The notes under the pieces were generated by a model. The model was not told where the DNA came from. It searched no databases and saw only the letters and a list, made by a program, of their open reading frames with translations. A stretch of DNA of 64,000 bases from Camelus dromedarius. Taxonomy: Eukaryota. The translations under genes and the position numbers were made by a program. Positions 12,600-25,187 of the stretch are shown here, in pieces. Where the stretch lies: NCBI RefSeq assembly GCF_036321535.1, contig NC_087442.1, positions 42,904,001 through 42,968,000 of the forward strand, in the 5' to 3' direction. Position 1 is the stretch's first letter. Each line of letters opens with the position of its first letter.

Positions 12600-13260
12600 T
12601 AGAGTATAAGGAAAAACAATCTATTTGGCTATTATGTCAAAAAGTCTATGCATTTTATATTTTAACAGCTATTGCCAAAATCTCTTCTAAAAAGGTTCTA
12701 TTGATTTTGGCAATAATTGTTAATATATAAAATGTATACAATTTTTGACCCAGCTAGCCTACTCTAGGAATTTATCCTCAGATTTATGCTCATATCTTTG
12801 TTCAAATATTTAAATTTAAGGATGTTCATTTCATCATTATTTATAGTGGCAAAAAGTTAGAATTGGTTAAATGAATGTGGTACATCTATAAAATAGAATA
12901 CCATACAACCTTTACAAAAGATGAGATAGGAGGTGGGTATAGCTCAGTGGTAGAGCACATGCTTATCATATACAAGGTCCTGGGGATTGAACAACGGAAA
13001 AAAAAAAGTATGAGATAAATCTATATGTATGACTTGAAATAATCTCCAAGATATAGAAAGTACAAAAAGCAAGATGTTAGAACAATGCGTATGTTGTACT
13101 TCTATTTGAGTAGAAACAAGGATACATACATGTACATATGTGAAACTTATCCTGTGGTTGACTCTGGAGAGGTGGATGATGTCTGAAATGAGATGGTCAT
13201 TTTCTTTGACTGTCCTTCTCTGCTGCTTGAATTTTATCACATACTTGCTTGTAAAAAAAT
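12600..13260 (+). mobile_element. Ancient L1 3' region (L1ME-like), host of the 12929 SINE
   Basis: tttgacccagctagcctactctaggaatttatcct...aaatgaatgtggtacatctataaaatagaatacc. Boundaries approximate. Confidence 0.7.
12929..13003 (+). mobile_element. Vic-1-type camelid tRNA-derived SINE, rearranged/3'-deleted copy
   Basis: A-box TAGCTCAGTGG and agagcacatgcttatcat body, then poly(A). TSD aaaagatgagata (12916-12928) / aaaagtatgagata (13004-13017). Inserted in an old L1. Confidence 0.85.
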
Positions 13261-13349
13261 TTTTTTTAACTTTAAAATATTTTGAAAGTGAAATAAGATT
13301 AAAATTAACTCACCTTTTTGGTAAGATATGTTTGTCCAAAAGTAATAGA

Positions 13350-13920
13350 TGATCAAACTTCACTTAGTTTTTACTGGCTCATGTAACTGGGAATTCATTG
13401 GTCCACACAATGGAAGCCTCGAGAGGGGCAGGCTTTGGGTTCAGCCTAGTGTGGCCTGTCAGGAGTGTTCTTCCTCTGTTTGTTGGATCCATCCTTGCAC
13501 TGGCTTTTCTCATGGCAAAATGCTGCCTTCACATCTGCCATCCTCAATGCCCAGAGAAAGAGAATTTCTTCCTGTGATTCTCTTGTAAGAACAAGGCAAA
13601 CTCTTTCTCAGGAGTTTTTTCATGTCTCTTCTCAATTCTTATCAGCTCAAACAGGTTTAATAGGTTCTTCCTGAACAATCCCTGGGGCAAAAGGAATGTC
13701 ATGTGCAGATCAGCTTAGGTCTGAGTTTCAGCACCAGTAATGTATCAAGGGACATGGTATTATTCCTAATTCAAAACAGCCTTTCTCTGGAGCTGGGTGT
13801 GACGGTTTCCCTTGACGTACATGAAAAGAGTCATATTGGTACCTGAATTTAGGATGCTGTTAGGAAGGGGAGAGAGAGAAATGGAAATGAGTGCCTGGCA
13901 GGAAAACAACAATGACCAAT
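13350..13920 (-). mobile_element. Old MaLR LTR remnant (MLT1K/L-like)
   Basis: tggcttttctcatggcaaaatgctgcc...cctgaacaatccctggggcaaaaggaatg blocks. Highly diverged. Confidence 0.5.
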
Positions 13921-15651
13921 TACTCCCACACTAATCTTCCTCAGTGCTGTTACAGAAGCCTTTCTACTATTGCCTTCACAAAATTATCCTCATTCATAAA
14001 ATTATTGTCAAAGAAAATTAATTAATTTGCCTTCTGCAGCAATAAAACCTGGCAATAATGATCATGATAGGTCCTTTGAAAAGATATAATTTATAGGAAG
14101 CTGTCCCATTTGATATAGAACAGGTCATTTATTATATTATCCTATTGGAGGAATAGAATGGTATCTTTCAAGAATTTCAAACTTGGAGAGAATATAGAAT
14201 AATGATGGTCATGATGTATGTACAATAATTATAAACTGCAAAGTGAAATTCATTAGGTTTAACTTTCCCTTACAAATGACTGGCTGAAAATAAACAATGT
14301 AAAGGTTACAGAAAGAAACCCACAAAACGCCTGACAAATAAAAGAATATTTCCTTGCTAATAACAGGATCAAGTTAAAATTACTGTGGACATCCTGTCTC
14401 TTCCAGATCCAAACCAATTTAGAGTAAATATTGGTATTCTCAAGGGAAGGAACAGACACTTTAAACATTCTGGCTAATCTGTTTTTCATAGTATACCTAG
14501 CAAAAGATGAGAGTCCTGAAGGACTGCAAAGTGCAGGTAAAGCTGAAAATTTAATGTGTGCCACCTACGAAACAGTTATTGTTTGGCCATACTTCAGGCT
14601 TCAGAGTCCAATCGTGTGGGTCTCAAAAAGCCTGAAGTTTCACCTGAACTGCATGGAAGTTTTCTAGGTAGGTTGCTGGAGTGGTGATTGAAGTTGTTGG
14701 AATGGAGAATTACTTGGACTGAAACCCGTAATTGTAGTGGGTATTTTAAATACTGGTTGAGTGGAGTCAGAAAAATTTCATAATGTGAAGGTTGCTCTAT
14801 TAAGGGGAACTGCTCTATTAACAAGATGGCCTAAATCTGAAATATCTAGTATTTGGTTTGTGGATTCTTGGCCATGAGTTGAGAAGTGATGAGAAGTAGA
14901 CTTGGACCTGGATGTGAAATGCCTATGGAAGGGTTAGGAGTGTGGTCCCCTGACAGCTGTGTAAGGAAGGAACATACTTGGTGGTCTGTGCTGTTCCACC
15001 ACTTTGTGCAGGTGCATGATTGTGGGGGCATCTTGCAGGTGCATGGTTGTGTCCAGTGTTACATGAGCAGGCAGAGGTGATATATAAATTATCTTCACCA
15101 GTAGCCCTGCCACCCTGAGATGGGCAAAGAGAAAAAGGAAGGTTTATGATTAAATTGCATGACTAGCAGGCTTAGGAGGCGGGAAAAGGAATAATAGCTC
15201 CTTGGGGATCACTGACTTATCTTTTGGCCAAGAGTATCCTTTGAGTTTGTCTGGCTAATGAAAGAAGTTATGTTGCATGTGGGACTATTAGAGTCCCTAA
15301 TGAGTCAAATTAGTCCTCCTGAAAGGGCCCCAGCGGCCCTCTCAGTTTGCATCCTGGCACAGCAGTAAGGCCTGGACCCAAGCTAATGTCTGCTGGGACA
15401 TGTAACTGGCTACAGTTGCACAGGAGGCCTTCCTTATCCCTAGTTCACTGAGTTCTGCTGAGCATCGACAGATGTAAGAATCTTCTTTTGGTGGCACCCG
15501 ATGGGGTTTGCCAATCCATTTGAGGTCACAGGACTGCAGAGGTCTTTGAACAGATGATCTGGGATGGGGGAGCTTTCTGACTTCTTGGTTTTAAAGCACA
15601 TTAAAACCTAAAATTTACCATTGGAAGAGTTAAGCCATGGCCTTAATTTCT

Positions 15652-15780
15652 TTTCAGTAGGGTGAGGTAGTGAGGTTTATTTATTTATTCTTACAGGAAG
15701 TACTGGGGATTGAACCCAGAACCTCACGCATGCTAAGCATGCGCTCTACCACTTGAGTTATACCCTCCCCATTAGCCTTA
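15652..15780 (-). mobile_element. Vic-1-type camelid SINE
   Basis: Reverse complement reads ggggagggtataactcaagtggtagagcgcatgcttagcatgcgtgaggttctgggttcaatccccagtac. Perfect 12-bp TSD gccttaatttct (15640-15651 / 15781-15792). Confidence 0.92.
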
Positions 15781-16041
15781 GCCTTAATTTCTAAGGACCT
15801 ATAACTGTTCAGTGATTCATTCTGAACTTACCAAGAGTGCTAGGTCTTTTTGACGTATGTCTTTAGGGGTTAAAGGTGGACTGCATGGTGAGGAACTGCT
15901 TTTCTGCCCTAGTAATTAAGCTCATCTGGCATTAATCTTTTTGAAACTACTGAGTGTACATCAGGGCACTTGCTCTGCCATTTTCTTGGGACAATGACAT
16001 TGGAGACATCTGTCTCTACTGCCAACGAATGCCAAGGGGTA

Positions 16042-16096
16042 GCTGTCCAATATGGTAGCCATGGTAGCTACTGGCCATGTGTGGCTACTGAGCACC
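16042..16096. mobile_element. MER3/MER33 (hAT-Charlie) fragment
   Basis: gctgtccaatatggtagcc...gccatgtgtggctactgagcac resembles the MER3 core. Confidence 0.55.
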
Positions 16097-16427
16097 TTTC
16101 TTCTCTGAGATATCCTTGCCATGCTGTGGGGGCAGCTGGAGAGCATTTGCCAGTCTTGGCTCTATTACTTTAAGCATTTGATCCAGCTGTGCACCAGGAG
16201 GGGTACCCAGGATCAATCACCTCTGATCAAAGGCCTCAATGGGCTTTACTTCAGCCAGGTTCCTGGTTGGTTTCCCATTTCTGGTTTCCTTTCTCACTCA
16301 TTGTCCAGTACAGACCTTTGGACTTGATAATTATATCTGGAAGCTCCAGCCTCAGACTCTTTACTCTCCCTCAGGGACTTTGCCATAAACCTGTTCTACC
16401 AGATCTCCTTCATTTGTGTGCCCTCAG

Positions 16428-16946
16428 TTATTTAAAAAAGTCAATATAGCAGACTGAGTGCTATCCTTTCAAAGGCCCCCTTACAAGCTTGGTCTGTGAC
16501 TGGTGTCTGGAACTTGAATTTGGGAAAGCTTCCCATCACTCTAACTAATAAGAATGGCTCATTATATCTAAACTGTTCATATCAACAATGTGGTTTATGC
16601 TGAACACATGCTTGTGTTAGGCAGGGAACGCCTTTGTGACTGGTCCCCAGCTCCCAATAAAACCTTTGGGCACAGAGACTCGAATGAGCCTCCCTGGCAG
16701 ATAACATTTCACATGTGTAAAATGCTGGGAAATTAAGCATGTCCTGTGTGACTCCACCAGCTGAGGATTCTAAGGAGCTTGTGCTTGGTTTTCTCTGGAC
16801 TTGGCCCCATGTGCCTTCTACCTTTGCAGATTGTGCTTTGTATCTTTCTGCTGAAATGAATCACAGCTTGAGTATGGCCGTATGCTGAGTCCTGTCCTTC
16901 TAGTCAATCCCTAAACCTAGAGGTGGTCTTGGAGACCCCTGACACA
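16428..16946 (+). mobile_element. MER21(B)-like ERVL solo LTR
   Basis: atagcagactgagtgctatcc at the start, and caacaatgtggtttatgctgaacac and tgctgagtcctgtccttctag...gtggtcttggagacccctgacaca at the end. No PBS follows. Confidence 0.8.
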
Positions 16947-17749
16947 TGAGGTAACACAGGACCCACTAGAGGGATACTTCAATGTAAGTGAGTTTTGGTT
17001 TGATTTTCTTTCTTAAGGAGTTATGGGTTTCTTTCTTAAGCCCCTCGATACACCTAACATTACAGAATGTGACTGGGCGATCCAAAGCACTAAAGCTGAG
17101 ACTGACTAATAGTATGTAGAAAATTGGCAGATGACGGAGACCTCTCGAAAGACACCCTCTAGGAAGGGTACACTCAAGAGTGGCCAGTGGAGGAAGGCCA
17201 AGGAGGTTTTAGAGGATTCAGCATGGCAGAAAGACACACAAACCAGAGATAAGACCCTCCTTGAACAGAATCCAAGGCCATGTCCCAGAAACGGGAATAG
17301 AGAGACAAGGGCTAGTCTTTTCTCAGTCACAATGACAGAGCAGGTTAAAACAAGAAAGAAAACAAAACAAAAGAAAAAAACTAGTATCAGCCCAAGGAAA
17401 AACTTCTTTCTAAAGAAATACTGTTCTTGATAAAGCTGCAGTCAGAAGTTACTTTAGGGACAAAATGTTCACAAATAGAAGAGTAAGAAAGGACAGAGGG
17501 AGTTACTGAGAAGAATTGTCATTTTTCTGTTCTAGAAAATGCAAGTTGTTTATGTATTTCTATGTTAAAGGTGAATTAGGTTTAGCACTGAATATTTTTA
17601 AAGTATCAAAGATTTAAAAATATACTAAACAAAGCCCTACTAGGCCTCCTCTGTTTTACTGTCTTACAGGAAACAGGGTTTAAAGTCCCAGTGAGAAGGC
17701 AGCCCCTGATTTTTTGAGAGACGTAATATGAAAATACACTTTGTGATCA

Positions 17750-17972
17750 GATGCCTGTTCTTAGTTCTGGGTCTAGTCGCTAGCTATATGATCTTGGACG
17801 GAAGAATAAACTCTTACTGCCCTAATCATCTCATCTTAAAATGCAAATAATAATGGTAAATACTTCATAGGGTTGCTGTAAGAACTACCTGAATTAATCC
17901 ACATAAAAAAACTTACAGTGCCTGGCATATAGTACGTGCCCAGGAAATGGTAGATGTTATTATTATTGTCAT
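17750..17972 (+). mobile_element. MIR SINE
   Basis: ctcatcttaaaatgcaaataataatgg...cttcatagggttgctgtaag...acagtgcctggcatatagta core. Confidence 0.8.
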
Positions 17973-19149
17973 AAGACATGCTTCTAGTGCTCTTCGAGAG
18001 TGAGTTTACAGGATGTTCTAAATACTGGAAGACTATAAAGATATGCTCTGATAACTTGTAAATGAGATAAAATAAAACCTCTAAGAATTTAGCCATAAAA
18101 ATGAATTAAAAATGAATCACCCAAAGGATAGCTTGAAGGCTCAGTAAATTTCAGTATAACCAGTTTGAGGTCACTACCATATCTTAAGAATGTGTCAATC
18201 AAAAAGACAAAACAAAAAACAGTCATTCATCTGTGAGAGGATAGAACAGTAGTCCCAGGCCTTTAGCTTTTATGACTCAGTTAAAAAAAAAACAGGAGGA
18301 CCTGATAAAGTGCTGCCAACTTTTCAATTTACCAAAGCCTGGCATGAAAAAGACCCACCAGTCTACTGCCACCATCATGACATAAAAGGAAAGATGTTTT
18401 ACTACCAAAAACTAATAGCATATTCTCAGAACAAAGGGAATTGCTCCCTGAAAGTCCACTAATTCAGGGAGAATTTTTTTTCTTCCAAAACAGGTGAAAA
18501 TCTCATTAAAAACCAGGAACACTCTTTTGGACCAGCCCTTGGGATAAGAAAAGAGGAAACACAGAGACAAACATTGATAGTGCCTATTCCCAGGGGAAAA
18601 GGAAACCTTACTGTCAGTCTTTGATTGATTCCTGGTCCCAGTGGCAACATCACTTCTAATGTGAAATAAACATAGGAGATTTGGCCATTTGATTTTGAGT
18701 ACTTCCTGTCACTATAGTCACAAAAGTGAAAGGACATTCACTAGACATTTGATTCATCAGTTTCTCCTTGTTTTGACTTCATGCTCACGAAGCAACCCTC
18801 TCAGTTCCATGTAGGTCTGCCTCGGGGAGAGGATGAGTTGACTCCATGAACTTAAAAAATTTCTGAAGTCACTGAAATGGTTTCTGATGATTTAGCTTTC
18901 TACATAGCTTCATAGCTGGGGAGAGAATGAGTTAATTATACTTACAGGGGTGTTGCTTTTTTTATTTCTCCTAGGAAATTAATACATTTGCACTTAGGTG
19001 TCTACTTTGGTCTCTTGTGCATTTGAGACTTGTCCCAGTCTCAGGGCCCAGTCACTCCTGGACACTGAGATAATGAAATTTCTAGGCAATGGAAGCAGCT
19101 GGTTTTCATGCAGATAATACTATACTGTTCTATTTTCAGAGTCATGTCT

Positions 19150-19580
19150 GTCTACTCTACTGATGTTTACAAGGAACAAATAAAGAATGACAATGGCTTT
19201 ATAAGTCAAGGTACAAACTGAGCTGCTGCAATAAAGAGATTCCAGAATATAATCAGACTCCTGAATATAGTCACTCCAACAGTCTAGGGTAAGCAGTCCA
19301 GGGCTGGCCTTGTGGTCCTGCTCCACAAGAGGTCCAGGTTCCATTGAGACCTGAGCATTTTCCATTTTATCATTTCACCATCTCCTTGGCTGTTGTCTTT
19401 ATGCACAGAGTTGCGACTGGGCCCCTCCATGTCCGGGCAATAGGAGAGAAAATGTCCAGGGCATGGGAATCCAACTCTAAGGAAAGACCTGGATGTGCAC
19501 CTATCACTTCTGCTTGTATCCTGTTGGCCCAAATAGAGTCATACAGCCATAGCTAGCTGCAAAGGACACTGAAAATGTTC
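19150..19580 (-). mobile_element. MLT1J-like MaLR LTR remnant
   Basis: atcacttctgcttgtatcctgttggcccaaatagagtcatacagccatagctagctgcaaagg block. Confidence 0.6.
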
Positions 19581-19779
19581 TGCTCAGTTTTATGCCCCAT
19601 GACCAAAAATATACAAAACACTAACTTCTTTGAATATAATTTGTCAGAACCAGGAGATGATGCTTTGAAATGTGCCCTAACGATTAATTTGTAAAAAAAT
19701 TTACATCGTCAGGACACACTATGGGCCTGTGGCTTAGTTTAAAAAAATTAGCCCCAAGTTGTTCCTTTTAAAACCTCTT

Positions 19780-20835
19780 TTAAATTGCAAAATGAGACAT
19801 ATAAAAAAGTATATGATATATTTACAAATATCACAATAATCTTATTACTATTTAAAGAATAATAATGAAATGAACACCAGTATCTATCACAAAGTTTAAG
19901 AAACAGAACTTTGCTAATGGTTTTTCAGGTTTCCGTGTGCCTCTTCCCCATCAACCTTGCCTCCCTTTCCTCCCAATCAGAGGTAACCTCTACACTGAAA
20001 TCTGTGTTAATCATTCACTTGCTTTAGTATAGTTTTACTACATGTGTATGTATTCATAAAAAGAAATACTTTTTGCATTTTTGACTGTTTTGAGCTCTAT
20101 ATAAAATTATTTATTCTTTTGTGATTTGCTCTACTTTGCTTTTAGGGTCATGCATGTTGACAAGAGCAGCTATATTCCATTCATTCTCACTGCTGTAATG
20201 ATGTTCCCTTTTATACCCAGACCACAATGTATTCACATGTTCCGTTGAATATCTGGGTTGTTTCTAGCTTTTTGCTGCACAGGGCTCCTAATGGACATAT
20301 AGATGTTTTCCTTAAGCTAAGTATTTAAGAATGGAATGACCAAGTTTGCGCAAATTTCCTAGGTAATGTTGAATAATTTTCCAATGTTGTTGACCCAATT
20401 TATACTCCTAGCTGTGTAAGAAAGTTTCTATTGCTTCATCTCTTCATTGTGATTGTAATATGCATTCTGTGATCATTAATGAAGTACTTGTTCATATCTT
20501 TTACCTATTTTTTCTATCGGTTGTTTCATATTCATTTGTGGGATTTCTAAAAATAGATTTTGTATATTGTTCCTTTGATGATTTTATGTGTTGCAGATAT
20601 CTCTTTCCAGTGGCTTGTTTTTTCACTTTCTCTTTGGTATCTTTTGATGAGTAGAAGACCTTAATTATAGTACTGTTGAATATATTAATACTTCTCTTTG
20701 TCATTTGTGCACTTGTGACTTGTTGAAAAATCCTTTTTTATCCCAGAGTCATAAAGGTATTCTTCCATATTTTCTTCTAATAACTTTAAAGTTTTGCCTT
20801 CCATGTATAGGTCTTTGGTTTGTCTGGAATTGATT
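19780..20835 (-). mobile_element. Ancient L1 ORF2/3' region (L1ME-like)
   Basis: tctgggttgtttctagctttttgctg, tgtgttgcagatatctctttccagtggcttg, tattcttccatattttcttctaataactttaaagttttgcc, ctggaattgattttc motifs. Confidence 0.8.
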
Positions 20836-21160
20836 TTCATGTATGATGAGGTAGGGAAGGTGAAGAAAAGCAGAGAGAAGAAAAAATATCTATAATCCTA
20901 TGTTTTTCCCTATGTGTATATATATACACAATACAAAATTATAAAATATTGCAATAACAGTTTTGTGTCCTGATTTTTTTCACTTAACATTATATCATGA
21001 GAATTTTCTTATAGTATATTACTAAAAATTCTTAGAAGACAATATTTTAAATGTTTTAATAAACATTCATAGATGTATTCTAATTAGACTTACTAGTTAG
21101 AATTAGGTTTGCCTGTGAGTGACCCAGATCCCAAAATAAGTGACTTGAAAAAGACAGAAG

Positions 21161-21565
21161 TTGCAGCAACATGGATGGACCCAGAGAATATTATGCTTAG
21201 TAAAATAAGTCAGACAGAGAAAGACAAATCCTGTATGTTATCACTAACACGTGGAATCTAAAAAATACAACAAACTACTGAATATAACAAAAAAGAAGCA
21301 GACTCAGATATAGAGAACAAACTAGTGGTTACCAGTGGGGAGACGGAAGAGGAGAGGGGCAATATAGGGGTAGGGAGAGAAGAGGGACAAACTACTAGAT
21401 ATAAAATAAGATGCAAGGATATACTGTACAACATAGGGAACATAGCCAATATTTTATAATAACTACATGTGGAGTATAACCCTTAAAAATTGTGAATCAC
21501 TATGCTGTATACCTGAAACATATAATATTGTACAACAACTATACTTCAATAAAAGAAAAAAAAAA
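21161..21565 (+). mobile_element. 5'-truncated L1 3' end with poly(A)
   Basis: ttgcagcaacatggatggacccagagaatattatgcttagtaaaataagtcagacagagaaagacaaat...caactatacttcAATAAAagaaaaaaaaaa. Confidence 0.9.
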
Positions 21566-21599
21566 CATTGGAAACAAACAAATAAAAAACGCCCTTGAA

Positions 21600-22585
21600 T
21601 TTACTTCCTGCTAATTTCTCCTTTCCTTCACAGGCCAAGTTTCCTGGAAAAAAAAAAACCAACCATATTCATTGTCTCCATTTGCCCATTTTGCCATATG
21701 TCCTCCATCTATCGTGATCTGGCCCCACCATTTCATTGCTACTCTCCTTTATTAAAGGCAACAATAATTCTTAGTTGCAAAAGCCTAGAAATATTTCTCT
21801 TTGCTTCTCATGCTTCTCCCTTGATAAGAACTGGAGCTTATGAAATATTCCTTCCTTGAACTGTTCTCCTGCTTTGACTTCTCCGACGTCACTCTGTCCT
21901 CATTTCCCTCCTTCTCTGGACTCTCTCTCTTGGTCTTTATATATGCTCTAATTCTTCCACCCACCCCCTGGAGTGTTCTCTGGAGTTTTATCCACTGTAG
22001 AAATGTTCTGAGGGATCCCATCTACACCTAAGACTTTCATTATCGTCTGTTAGCCCATGGCTTCCAAATGTATATGTCTAACTTAAACTCTCCATATGGC
22101 AAACTGGCCTTGGACATGTCCGCTTTATTTATTTATAGATTTATGTATGTATGTGTTTATTGGGGGGGGGAAATCAAAATTTACTTATTATTATTATTTA
22201 TTATTTTTACTTAATGGAGGTATTGGGGATGGAACCCAGGACTTCATACATGCTAAGCAAGCCCTTTACCACTGAGCCATACCCTCCCTGCTGAACACGT
22301 CCACTTCAAATTCAACACAACCCATTTTTCTATCGTGGGAAATGGCATTTTCATCTACCCAGTCATCCAAGCCAAAAACCTAAGGGTCTACCTGATTATT
22401 TCTTCTCTTTCAAGTGTCCTTCAACTTCTGGAAGTAACCGGTACTATCAATTTTGCCTCCCAGGTATCTCTCATACCTTCTTTCACTCTATGTCCACAGT
22501 CACATGACTAGTTTCTGAGCATTTCTTATGTCTTAGTTTTACCTTATATGGTACTCGCTCTCAATATTCATTCTGCAGCCAAATT
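21600..22585 (+). mobile_element. L2 LINE remnant (host of the 22126 SINE)
   Basis: Pyrimidine-rich L2 ORF2-derived blocks (ctccaaatgtatatgtct, acttcaaattcaaca, catctacccagtcatccaagccaaaaaccta). Confidence 0.7.
22126..22289 (-). mobile_element. Vic-1-type camelid SINE
   Basis: ggaggtattggggatggaacccaggac...accactgagccataccctccc with an AT-rich tail and C-run. Diverged TSD ggacatgtccgctt (22112-22125) / gaacacgtccactt (22293-22306). Inserted in L2. Confidence 0.9.
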
Positions 22586-23189
22586 ATTTGAGAAAATAAA
22601 AAAATACATTCAAATGCTCAATGACTCACCCCAGGAATTACTTTTGAATGAGGCCTGGGCTTTGGTATTTTGGAAAAGTTCTATCATTCATTTGGGATTG
22701 TAAACCATGTCTTTACGATTTCACAGATGAATTGGACCATATAGAAATAATCTGACTAGGAAATATCATTGTGACCAAAGGCCACCAAAATTATGTTATG
22801 GGCCTCTGGTAATTACATCCTTAAGCAAAACTAAATAAACAAAAGCAAAACCAAAAACCTGTTATTTTTGTTTTAATTGATATATCCCAAGCTGTATCAA
22901 TTTTAACAAAAATGACAGGGGTTTTGGACAAAGGTGATGCACTGCATCCTCAATAACAAAAGGGCTAATACTAGTTATATAAGCATGACATGAATATAGG
23001 GGAATGTGTGACTTGTTCAAAGACAGGCTGATGCCAATTTTTAGAAGCAGTGTTTACATTTTGGGGCCCAGATTTTACTTGGCGTTCCAGTTTAACAGCC
23101 TGTCTAGAGTTGTGTTCATGTGCTAATTTGCTCAGTCACTGAGGCTGACAGCCATTGTTATTCTGTAGCCTTTCAGCCCTCTTTGGGTT

Positions 23190-23640
23190 AAAAAACAGTA
23201 CCTACCTTTTCCTCATCCACTACTCTCAAGTCATTTGGTTTGAGTGAGAATGAACTGAGCTTCAACTCCAGAAATGGGCCGTAATTCCATTACCTTGGCC
23301 ATAGTAGTCAGTCCAAAGATAAGCTAGAATCTGATCAGAGGAGGAGTTCTGTGAAGAAGAAAGTTTCCTCTCTCTTCCAGGAGGAAGAAGGTCTTATACA
23401 GCCCAGGGATGGTGCCAGATGAGAGGATAAGCAGCTACAGCTATCAGTAACCGTTATGGGAGTAACTGCAGCAAACAGGGTATGATGCTTGAAGGTGCAG
23501 CAGCTCTGCAGCGGGCAGAGAGGAGACACAGAGAACAGGTCTGTCTTAAAGCCAGGCCCAACAGGCTCTTTTCCGTAATGGGAACCAATACATTTCTTTG
23601 ATTTATTTAAGCAAATGAAAATTTTAAATCACTTGTAACC
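23190..23640 (+). mobile_element. Old MaLR LTR remnant (MLT1K/L-like)
   Basis: ccattaccttggccatag, gaaagtttcctctctcttcc, gggaaccaatacatttctttg...ttaagc. Highly diverged. Confidence 0.5.
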
Positions 23641-23717
23641 TGAAGTTTGAATTGATAGGCTGTCTTTATTTGAATTAAAATAGTCAATATTGGTACACCT
23701 TCCTGTCTAATATTCTT

Positions 23718-23858
23718 TTTTTGTTGTTGCTGTTGTTCTGTGGGGGGAGGCAATTAGGTTTATTTATTGAATTATTTTTTTAATGGAGGTACTGGGATTG
23801 AACCCAGGACCTCATGCATGCTGAGCATGTACTCTACCATTTGACCTGTACCCTCCCC
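23718..23858 (-). mobile_element. Vic-1-type camelid SINE
   Basis: ggaggtactgggattgaacccaggacctcatgcatgctgagcatg...ccctcccc. TSD ctgtctaatattctt (23703-23717) / ccgtccaatattctt (23861-23875). Confidence 0.92.
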
Positions 23859-24389
23859 TGCCGTCCAATATTCTTAATTCTTCCTATTACTTTAAATAGC
23901 TCCCAAAAATGTAACCATGATTCTGAATTTTTTTTTCCAGAGGTGATGGAAATCCAGGTCCCTGACTGAGAAACAGAATTATTAGGATGAAGTATAATGA
24001 GGATTTTGTGGATTTATAGCACCTTTCCACCCCAGACACTATTGAAAGAGATAAGATTCAGTCTAGTTACTATTATGTCATATTAAAAAGTGTGTAGTAT
24101 GTGCTCCATAGTATTTATGAGCAGTAATATGTTTATATGTTTTATAAAACAGATCAAAGGAATATAATTAATTAATCTGATGAAATGTTTATATTGAATT
24201 TACATGTTAAGGACCATAAAGTAAGTAAAATAATTATGAGTATAAATTAGATTGTATAATCATAATTATTGGCAGACTCAACGAATATTTATTTCATGGT
24301 AATTAAATTTATTCAATAACATTGTGTAATCCATATTTACAAGGTTTGATAATTGTTGCCCACCACAGTCAAAGGTAGACATGTCACTG

Positions 24390-24560
24390 GAAAATACAAA
24401 ACACTAGGTATGTTCATTGCTACTGGAATATCATTGCTTCCAAGCCTTCTCAGATACCAGAGCAAGGAGCCATACGTACGTATACTAACCTGCGCATATA
24501 TGTACCTGTTGATAAATATTTCTATACATGACAAGCTCTAATCCATTTCAATAAATGTAT
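24390..24560 (-). mobile_element. L1MC-like 3' UTR fragment
   Basis: tcattgcttccaagccttctcagataccagagcaagga...tatactaacc...ataaatatttctata. Confidence 0.55.
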
Positions 24561-24639
24561 AGTATGTCCTTAGGAATGCTCGCAATTTGGGACACAATTC
24601 AATCATTTTATCAATGTTTTATCAGTGTATCCAAATCCA

Positions 24640-25061
24640 TTGTTCTTCCACACCCACCTATCCCCAGGTTAAAAGACTACATTTCTAATCTTTCTTTGCA
24701 GCTAAGAATGGCTAAATGACTAAATTCTGGCCAGCGGGGGAAGGGAAATTGTGTAGTAGGACTTACAGGAAGAATTCTGAAAATGAGGACAATCCACTGA
24801 TACACCCTTTTCCTTTCCTTTTTCCCTTTCTTTTCTGTTTTCTGGAACCACCAGCAGCCACTCTGGATCATGAAATAATCATGAGGCTACATACCAGCGC
24901 CACATAGTAAAACAAAAAGAGGAGCCTGGATCTTTGATAACTCAGAGCTTCCATAATGACCCTGGTTTGCCTACATCTAGACTTCTCTTCTATGAGGATA
25001 AACCAGACTGCTATCACTGGCCTTTTTGTTTCATTTCGCCAAACCTGATGCTAACTGGTAT
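24640..25061 (+). mobile_element. MLT1J-like MaLR LTR
   Basis: gactacatttc...tgcagctaag...gactaaattctggcca, gcagccactctggatcatga, ending ctaactggta(ta), like the MLT1 3' terminus. Confidence 0.7.
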
Positions 25062-25065
25062 AATT

Positions 25066-25187
25066 ATTTTTCTTTTTTGGGGGGGGGGGCAGGTAAATAG
25101 GTTTGTTTGTTTATTTAATGGAGGTACTGGGGATCAAACTTCATGCATGCTAAGCACACACTCTACCACTTGAGCTATACCCTCCCT
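25066..25187 (-). mobile_element. Vic-1-type camelid SINE
   Basis: ggaggtactggggatcaaacttcatgcatgctaagcac...gagctataccctccc. TSD ctaactggtataatt (25051-25065) / ctaactggtgcaatt (25188-25202). Confidence 0.92.

Noticed and set aside
17131-17430. 99-aa Lys/Arg-rich ATG ORF
   Set aside because: Weak Kozak context. The basic residues come from an A-rich low-complexity tract, and I recognise no family or retrocopy hallmarks (poly(A) plus TSD).
18824-18935. 18-bp imperfect direct repeat (ggggagaggatgagttga / ggggagagaatgagttaa)
   Set aside because: Only two copies, purine-rich and short, so it is compatible with chance or an old slippage event.
12929-25187. tRNA-like A/B-box sequences as tRNA genes
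   Set aside because: They lack a full cloverleaf and have poly(A)/AT tails and TSDs, so they are SINEs.
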